Assembly: GCA_964187785.1 (NCBI GenBank)
Contig: OZ076409.1
Location: 95,916,001-95,980,000 of the forward strand
From: Amphiscolops sp. MND2022
Lineage: Eukaryota
DNA length: 64,000 bases
Reading direction: 5' to 3'
Shown: in pieces, positions 57,040 to 64,000 of the stretch
Layout of the letters: each line of letters opens with the position of its first letter
Numbering within the stretch: the first letter of the stretch is position 1
Notes under the pieces: model-generated
Told to the model about the DNA's origin: nothing
Databases searched by the model: none
The model's input: the letters and a program-made list of their open reading frames with translations, nothing else
Translations under genes and position numbers: made by a program

Positions 57040-58240
57040 TTCAACTGTTCCATTTTACTGTTCATTTCCAATCGTTGTTATTTCTTCTTCGGTAACATTA
57101 CGTATTCTCCGTTTATTCTCTTTTTGTCTGCATGCTTGTGCAAAATGTCCGTTTCTTCCACAATTGTTGCATAATTTGTCTAATGCCGGGCATTTGTGTG
57201 AAGGGTTTCAGTTTGGTGCGTTGCAGAATGTTCACGGTTTTTCGATTGTTGTTCTGTTTTTCGGTCTCGTACCGAATATTTCCATTTTTTTTGTATTGGT
57301 TCTTCTTTTATTTCGTTTTCTCGGTTTGCGATAAGGGCTTCCGGTATAGTGTTTTTCCGGTTTTTTTTCATATGTGTTCTGTTTGATCATTTCAATTGTT
57401 TTCTCCAATTCCAGTTTCTTTTCTTTCATTAGTTTATCTCGATTTTTGAATCTGTGATTGCGGTCATGAATTTCGAGATGAATGAATCTTCGGCTGTTAT
57501 TCCTTCGAACGCGCATTCTTTTTCGATTTCTATCAATCTCCGCCAAAAGTCTTCTGGTGTCTCGGTTTCTGACTGCCTGGTCCAGGAGAGTTCTCCGCGA
57601 TTGTGATAAGTGTTTCTTTTTGGTAAGAAGTATTCGTTGGATAATCTGATCAAATCTTTGATCTTTATTTTGCCCGGTTCTGTTTGGTACTCTGCCCGTG
57701 TCATTTGATTAAAGGCTTCGGGTCCGATACCCCAAATGAAATCTTCTTGTTTTTCATTTTCGTTTTCGATCCAGCCGTTTTGTGTTACATCAGCTGCCCG
57801 TATTAGTTCGGCAATATCTATCTTGTATTTTCTCTTTGTATATTGTCGGAATCCCTCGAGCCACTGTTTCGGTGTGAATATTCTTTTTCCGTCTGATGTG
57901 GCCTCGAGGTTCGGTACTTCAATTTGGCTTGTTTCCTGAGTAAATATAAAAAAATTCTTTGTTTCGGTAAAATTAATTGTTTATTAAGAATACTGACTGC
58001 TCCATGTAGTATTTTCTACAGGCTACTAGGTAAAAACGAACTTGATATAAGAGATATCTTTACGATTAAGTATCCAAGTGAATTACGACTTTTTCTCTCT
58101 CTATTCTAGCAAACAATTCTAACAAATGGTATCAAGATTTAGTACGAACAACAAGGGTTGTTTACAAATACTACATAAGAGTTATTTGGTAAGTTATAAA
58201 GAGTTATTAGTTTCCACCCACGTAAATGGGGGAGGAAAAT
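57040..58240 (-). pseudogene. Degenerate Gypsy gag fragment with PBS and partial LTR
   Basis: Frameshifted gag (YFLPKRNTYHNR...QSETETPEDFWRRL...EC; CNNCGRNGHFAQAC knuckle); minus ACTACA|TGGAGCAG LTR/PBS junction at 58005/58004. Outer limits approximate. Confidence 0.75.
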
Positions 58241-58306
58241 CATGATCTGTGATGCGTTTTTCTTTACAAATTCTGCCAAACCTCCACTTTGTTACTCCAT
58301 ATTTTA

Positions 58307-58435
58307 GTCACCGTGGCCCAGTGGGTAGTGCGTCTGCCTGGCAGACACGAGGTCATGGGTTCGAGCCCGTGCTGGTGCTTCAAATTTTTTTGTTTCTCAG
58401 CCAGTAGGTCGTGAGTTCGAACTTCTCCTTCGCCA
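58307..58435 (+). other. tRNA-like (SINE-head/pseudo-tRNA) sequences
   Basis: A box tggcccagtggg, B box gggttcgagccc, then a second 3' half gagttcgaacttctccttcgcca; each is followed by oligo-T. The acceptor stem is imperfect, so not called a functional tRNA. Confidence 0.5.
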
Positions 58436-59421
58436 TACTTTTTTTGTAATAAGCGTGTCGCGGAAAATATCCTGGTGCTCAGCGGGCGTTTTGTTTGTTA
58501 ATTGCTAGTCTAAAGTCGTCACTGTTTTTGATTGGCACTTTTTCCGAAAATTCGGTTCAGTATTTTTTACCGGATAATAGTGTCCACTATTTCCGTCTGT
58601 TTCGTTCAGTCCATCAATTCACTCATAAATACATCCTAATAGTCCCATTTTGGTTAAATGAATATTTCAGTCTTCTTACGAAACGAGAAAAACAAAAAGC
58701 TCCTCCCTATTTGAATTGTTTTGGCATTGCGAGATTTTTTCACTTCCCGAAAAAATCTCAATTGATTCAAAAATGATTGTCTTCAAAAATTTGGAAGTTT
58801 TGGTAACGCCATAGCGGGTTCTTTTCTTGAATTATTCGTTACTGTAAACTCTAAAACCTTTTCGAAATTTTCTAAAGTTCAAGTCTTCAGCGAATATGGG
58901 CGCTAATAAATTTACCATTTTTGTAGAGAAAACAAAAAAGTTCTTTCTAACGCAGTATCAATGAAGAAATCGTTGGCACTTGTTTTAGTTTTATCTTTTT
59001 CTGGCATGGTTACTGCTTTGGTCATTCAATCAATTTTGGAGCTACTCGCAGATATTTCCAACAAACCTTCTTCAGTTAGCTTCGAAGAAATCGAAAACGG
59101 CATTTACGACAGCAGTGTTTTATTGGTTGCTGCTTTTGGGCATTCTGTTGATCTCAGTGTCAACTCAACTAACTGTTCATGCTACAGAATATTCCAGAAC
59201 ATTCTAGAAAAAGATGAAATTTGTGAGGTTGTGGAAGCGGAACTTCCAACATCAGGCAGTGTTTTGTTTTATACGTCGTGTTAAAAATGAGCCAATTTTT
59301 GATCTGAGCCAACATGGTTTTGAAGTCAACTTCCAAAGTTTTCAGTCGGCGCTTTTCGTAGAAAACGCAGACTATTGCAGTGACTTTTCTTTTTTTAAGA
59401 CCAACGAAGTGAGAGATTTCA

Positions 59422-60134
59422 TGTAACGTCCGGCTAGCGGCGCACATCTAGGAAGAGGGACAATGCCTAGGGTGCTTAAACAGGAGACCGTTGTCTTACT
59501 ACACTCCTAAACACTAGTTTTTGATCCCAAAATGGTCTCCATGGGGGACTTTTCTAACGTCTAAGGAGGCTCCTCTAGTTAGAGCTCCGAGGCGACGTGC
59601 CGGCACTCTCAAAGTCCGGACACGCCCCACAAGCCTGTAAAAACGTATCCTAAGGTTTTTAGCGCATTCCTGCTATCTCCTACATACTTCCGAGGTCCAA
59701 AAAGGTGTTTATCCGAAAAATGTCATTTCGACAGTTATGGGCATGAAATGCCGACCTAGAAGGTCAGGCATGGGAAAAATAACAAAACGCTTTAATATAA
59801 ATTAACAAAATAAAGGGGGATAAGCCCCGAGTGGAAATACAGTTACTGTTTGTAGATTTTCGGGGATCCAGTCATGTAGTTCTAGAATGGCTCTGCTTTC
59901 CCAGGGATGACATAGCACCGGGTAGCGTTCTTCGAATTCTGTCCCGTGTGGATCTTCATGTCGTCAGTCGTCTACTTCTTTATCATCTCCTGTCGTTCTT
60001 CTTGTTCACGTGTTCTCTCTTTCATTTTTTATGGGCTTTAAGGACCTGCCAGGTCGGCCATTTTGATTCGCACATTTTTTGGTTCTTGATCGAATTTTTC
60101 ATCGAAAATTTAGTGTTGACTGGTGGACGTTACA
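59422..60134 (-). repeat. 3' LTR of element B
   Basis: 9-bp terminal IR; homologous to the split solo LTR at 43583. Confidence 0.9.
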
Positions 60135-60720
60135 TCCTCCCCGGGCCGTAGTTTGTCGTCCTCGGCAAACGAGAGGATGCTCGCACCCAAAGGGTACTCT
60201 GAGATTCACAGAAAAGGTCTTACATCAAAGCTATGTTGATTTCACATTACTATTCTTTTCGCTTCACTACTGCATGTCTAGCACCCTAAAGCCATCGAAT
60301 TTAAAAAGCACTGATTTTTAGGTTAAAAACTATACAGTCGGATTTTTTCTTTAAAAAAGGTTTTTTCACTAATTACTCAGTTCAAGTTAAAATTTCTTTT
60401 TCTAAAATTGGGCCCCTGCGCGGCCAAGTGAGTAACAACAACTTTTGGGCTTGGTAGAAGTTTCAAATTCAAATCAAAACGGGAGGGCACCGAACCGGGA
60501 CCCACCCAGAGGATGTAGCTATATTGCATTGTTGCATTGGTAGCAAAGTAAAATATACATCAAACAAAACTCAGGAATTAAGGTTTATTGCACTGAAAGT
60601 TTTCAGCACCAGTAAGATGGTGTAGCACAACTAAAATCAAGAATTGGCATCAGTACATTGATGATAGGGTCCTTTATGCTCAATTGTGTTCTAACAGTCT
60701 TGGGGGTCCAGAGGACTCCT

Positions 60721-63700
60721 TTATTCCAACAGTTGGTTCTGTGGGGCTTCTTGGACTGAGGTGTTGCCCATGGCATCCACCGTATTCTGATATTCTTCAT
60801 CTATGGTCAGCAAATTATTGAGCTCTGACTCTATGTCCGCTGCCTCCATGTTCGAGATATTGGTCTCCACTTCGTCTCTTACAGGAGTAGTGGCATCAGA
60901 GAACGTGAAGTTATTGTCAGTCATAGGTTCCTCTGATAGTGGCATGACGCCTGGCACATCATCTTGTACCCCTTCCACCAATATTTCATTGGAGTCTTGA
61001 CCGATGTGGGGTGTGGGAAAGACGGTGCGAGAGCTGCCAGAGGCAGCTTCGCTCAAATCGCTAATCCCTGGGATGGCTTCGACTGATTCCAAGTTCGGCA
61101 GGCCGTCCGCTAATTCTTGATGGCCATATTGGGTGAACAGCTGCCTGAACGTTCGTATTCCCCTAGCGTATTCTTCGCCCACGGCTCGAGTACGTTCTCG
61201 CTGGAGACCATGCAGACGCACGAATATCTCTAGTGCCATACGCGGGTTGCTGGGAACGTCAGTGTTCACGGGCAAATCTTTCTTGCTTGGTTCTTTTGCT
61301 ACTGTTGGAATGGTTGTTGGCAGCTGTTGGAAGGTCTGGTGTATAGCGAGGTCCACGAGCTCTGGCTGGGCCCAACATGTAATGGTATTCAAGATTCTGG
61401 CGGTATGCTCACGGGGTTCTGTTCTTGTACAATATACTCTGGAAGTGTCACACGCATAGGGATACAATAACCTAGTAGGTTCTTCTCCTTTTCGACGACC
61501 ACCCAATCTTTGGATAATTGTTCTCAAGATACGCAGGACAACTGGCACGTCCCACCCTTCAAATGTCGCCACTGCTCCATTATTTGGATCAATGGGGGTA
61601 TGTAGCCAAACTACCGGATGGATTTCCATTGGCAAAGGGAGCGAGCTACGTGCTCTCGCCTTGATCAAGGTGAGATAGTTGTGCTCCACTTGTTGGCGGT
61701 CTTTGATTACGGTGTATGCCATGGGAGGTCGCAAGTTGGCAAAGCTGTGTATCACTGATTGATAGGTGGGACCCTGAAGGGGCCCATCAGAGGTCACGAA
61801 GTGTAGAATCGAGAGGGATGGGCTCACCGCTGCCACTCGCAGGGCCTGCGTTGGATAGCGCAGGGCCATAACTGCGCCGAAGATAGGCCAGACTACCGGA
61901 GCAATGAGGGGTATTAGGTCCTCTGTTTCCACGAGCATCAACGTTGCAACTTGTGTAGGGAACAGGAACCCAGGAAGTTGATTGGGGTCTCGGTTAATAG
62001 CTGGGCACTCATCCAGAGGATGCATAACGCCTGAGACATTGACCCAGGTGGAATAAATCCACACTAGAAGTGCTTGAATGTTTAAGTCCAGTTGCGCTTT
62101 TAATTTCAAGGAACCCGCTGGGTCCAGAGTTTCAATGAGCGCAGATATCCAACTTCTTTGATTCTGCGAAAAGACTAGGAAGCTGAACAGGGCTGAGCCT
62201 CCCTTGTTGAGCACGAACTTTTGTATGAGGGCTGACGGTCCTCTGTACATCATGGTCAACCCCACAGCCATCATATACGCTAGTATTTCACTAATGGTCG
62301 CTCTTTCCATGGCCTCCATGTAAAGTCGCATTCGCTGCTCATCCAGGCCGTACTCGGCCTGTACTAGGGAAGGAAGCCAGAAGGGAGAGATGTTGTGGAG
62401 AAATACGGGAAATGTTATGCCCAGTCGGTCCGCGACTTGGCCCAGAGGTTCTCGTAGTTGATCGTGCCATGTTTGGTACGTGTGTGTCGGCTCTTGAATA
62501 TTCTTCTGTACAATGTCTTGAGCCAGTATCAACAGCATGGCTAATGTGGGTGATCTTTGCCCAGGTTCAGCATCCAATGATATTTGTGCTATGGGGAAGA
62601 TGGAGGAATTCTTTCTATCACCTTGAATCGTTTCGGTTTCTTTCATTAGATTCGTGAGTTCCTTGTGAAACTTGGGTTCATGTGTTTTCTCGTCTATGGT
62701 CGATTCGTCCCGGCGTTCAAACCAGAGGTTATCCACCAGGTTGTTGCGCTCACCTTCATTTGGATCATTCACGATTCGGTCTCCACGCTCGTTCAATGAT
62801 CGACGAGCCATTTCCATCCCGTAGTCGAATGCTGTTGCTTCATCTACTACCATTTGGGAGTTTCCGCGGTAACCGACGTATGATTGAAGGGCCTTTGAGA
62901 CTTCAGCAATGAAGGCTGGGTATGAGGCTTCACAAGGGCGCCAGCTATTATTGCTGATGCGTAAATTGGGGGCCACAATGTAGAAAGCCAGATCTCTTGC
63001 GTACGCTGCCTCCATTACTAGGTACAAGAATTGCTGAAGGGTCCGGGGAAGGTGCACGTAGCCTGGAGGTGACATAAATACCGTTCCAGTGATAGCTTTC
63101 CTTCTGCGCATAGTTTGGGCAATATTCGCCATTGCCTCCACGTAGTTGGTTACTTCGTCGGTGACGAACCCCTCAGTAAACCTTTCGTGGTCTGGTCGGA
63201 AAAATTCCAGGGTCCCTCGCAGAGCGAGGTGATCTATCACATTCGAATATACCAGCAACGGAGGTAATGGGATGGTCTCTGTTCCCGCTTGGGTGAATAC
63301 TTTGTCGGTCACCTCTGCCATTTCGTTCAGTGTTGTACAGGGCATGTTCATTATTCTGACATCCATGAGGGTATTGTGGGAGTTGAATGAAGACTTCATC
63401 GTCGAGTCGACGAAGAAGGCTATTCTGGTTTTCTGCAAAAGGTCCTTTCCCATGGGTAGGATTGTAATGGGGTCCCTCGCATAGTTTTTAGTTCGCAAGC
63501 GATCTTCGTCGAAGCGGCCAGGGCGCTGTCGGAGGAAGTTGTCAGGAACACGCATGTATGTTGAGTTTACTCTCTCCAATTCTGCTCGCATGCGGTTGAA
63601 CCATGGGGGGCATCCGTCTCGAGTGAACACTGGTTTCTTGACGGGGCGATTGTAGAGTACTCCCACTGTGGCTTTCTCTATTTTCTGCCTTGTGGCGAGG

Positions 63701-64000
63701 TCCCCAGTTCCCGTTGCGGTCTCGAATTTCTGTCGTAGAGGGTCTTCTGGTGACGTTGTGGTTGGTATTTCCCGCTGCAGACGCAGTGCGTCGCGTGCAG
63801 TGATATCCAGCTGCCGTTTTTCTGAATGTGTTAGGAGTTCGTGTGTTATTCTCGGTCTCCTTGTTTCTGGTTGTGTGGGTGAGGCAGACGAGGGTTGCGG
63901 GACACTGGTCGAGCTCGATTGTTTACCTTGCATGGTCGCCTCTCTGGCTCGCTTTCCAGCTTTTATTTTCTCCCGGAGGTCTACCACAGTGTTGGCTGCC
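60721..64000 (-). CDS. Element B ORF3 (>1088 aa, N-terminus outside window), homologue of element A ORF3
   Basis: Frame is open to the window edge; shared motifs VDSTxKS, NxIDH, FxSPPG, LQQFxY, APNLR, RPxxxSYPAF, PIFGAV..RYPT, ARxRxxxPLP. Confidence 0.9.
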   Translation of the reverse strand, partial: AANTVVDLREKIKAGKRAREATMQGKQSSSTSVPQPSSASPTQPETRRPRITHELLTHSEKRQLDITARDALRLQREIPTTTSPEDPLRQKFETATGTGDLATRQKIEKATVGVLYNRPVKKPVFTRDGCPPWFNRMRAELERVNSTYMRVPDNFLRQRPGRFDEDRLRTKNYARDPITILPMGKDLLQKTRIAFFVDSTMKSSFNSHNTLMDVRIMNMPCTTLNEMAEVTDKVFTQAGTETIPLPPLLVYSNVIDHLALRGTLEFFRPDHERFTEGFVTDEVTNYVEAMANIAQTMRRRKAITGTVFMSPPGYVHLPRTLQQFLYLVMEAAYARDLAFYIVAPNLRISNNSWRPCEASYPAFIAEVSKALQSYVGYRGNSQMVVDEATAFDYGMEMARRSLNERGDRIVNDPNEGERNNLVDNLWFERRDESTIDEKTHEPKFHKELTNLMKETETIQGDRKNSSIFPIAQISLDAEPGQRSPTLAMLLILAQDIVQKNIQEPTHTYQTWHDQLREPLGQVADRLGITFPVFLHNISPFWLPSLVQAEYGLDEQRMRLYMEAMERATISEILAYMMAVGLTMMYRGPSALIQKFVLNKGGSALFSFLVFSQNQRSWISALIETLDPAGSLKLKAQLDLNIQALLVWIYSTWVNVSGVMHPLDECPAINRDPNQLPGFLFPTQVATLMLVETEDLIPLIAPVVWPIFGAVMALRYPTQALRVAAVSPSLSILHFVTSDGPLQGPTYQSVIHSFANLRPPMAYTVIKDRQQVEHNYLTLIKARARSSLPLPMEIHPVVWLHTPIDPNNGAVATFEGWDVPVVLRILRTIIQRLGGRRKGEEPTRLLYPYACDTSRVYCTRTEPREHTARILNTITCWAQPELVDLAIHQTFQQLPTTIPTVAKEPSKKDLPVNTDVPSNPRMALEIFVRLHGLQRERTRAVGEEYARGIRTFRQLFTQYGHQELADGLPNLESVEAIPGISDLSEAASGSSRTVFPTPHIGQDSNEILVEGVQDDVPGVMPLSEEPMTDNNFTFSDATTPVRDEVETNISNMEAADIESELNNLLTIDEEYQNTVDAMGNTSVQEAPQNQLLE

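Larger units (their letters stand above)
59422..64000 (-). mobile_element. 3' portion of a second three-ORF Gypsy family (element B), running off the window
   Basis: 713-bp LTR TGTAACGTC..GACGTTACA at 59422-60134, PPT, and an ORF3 homologue. Inserted into a HINE 5' end (59339-59421). Confidence 0.9.

Noticed and set aside
58307..58380. Functional tRNA gene
   Set aside because: A and B boxes are present, but the acceptor and anticodon stems pair poorly; treated as SINE-like/pseudo-tRNA.

Overview
AT-rich, repeat-dense animal (eukaryotic) genomic DNA; the repeat families tentatively suggest an acoel-type genome, which I cannot verify. One host gene can be assembled by hand: a 4-exon, 140-aa ADF/cofilin gene on the minus strand (17344->2948), with transposon-filled introns and a GC-AG intron. 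The rest is mostly mobile DNA: many Helentron/DINE-1-like non-autonomous repeats, tRNA-derived SINEs, TA- and hAT-type MITEs, several solo LTRs, a nested internally deleted Gypsy element, and a young, near-intact 18.9-kb Ty3/Gypsy element (23364-42265, minus strand). That element is the most unusual object here. It has a tandem pseudo-protease+protease, a Pol tail ending in two TARG1/OARD1-like macrodomains, and a 1426-aa non-Env third ORF with an SGNH/GDSL-like fold. The third ORF is conserved in a second, divergent family at the window's right edge. The element also has a PBS offset 15 nt from the LTR and apparent 3-bp target-site duplications. All domain calls are by-eye motif recognition, not database results.
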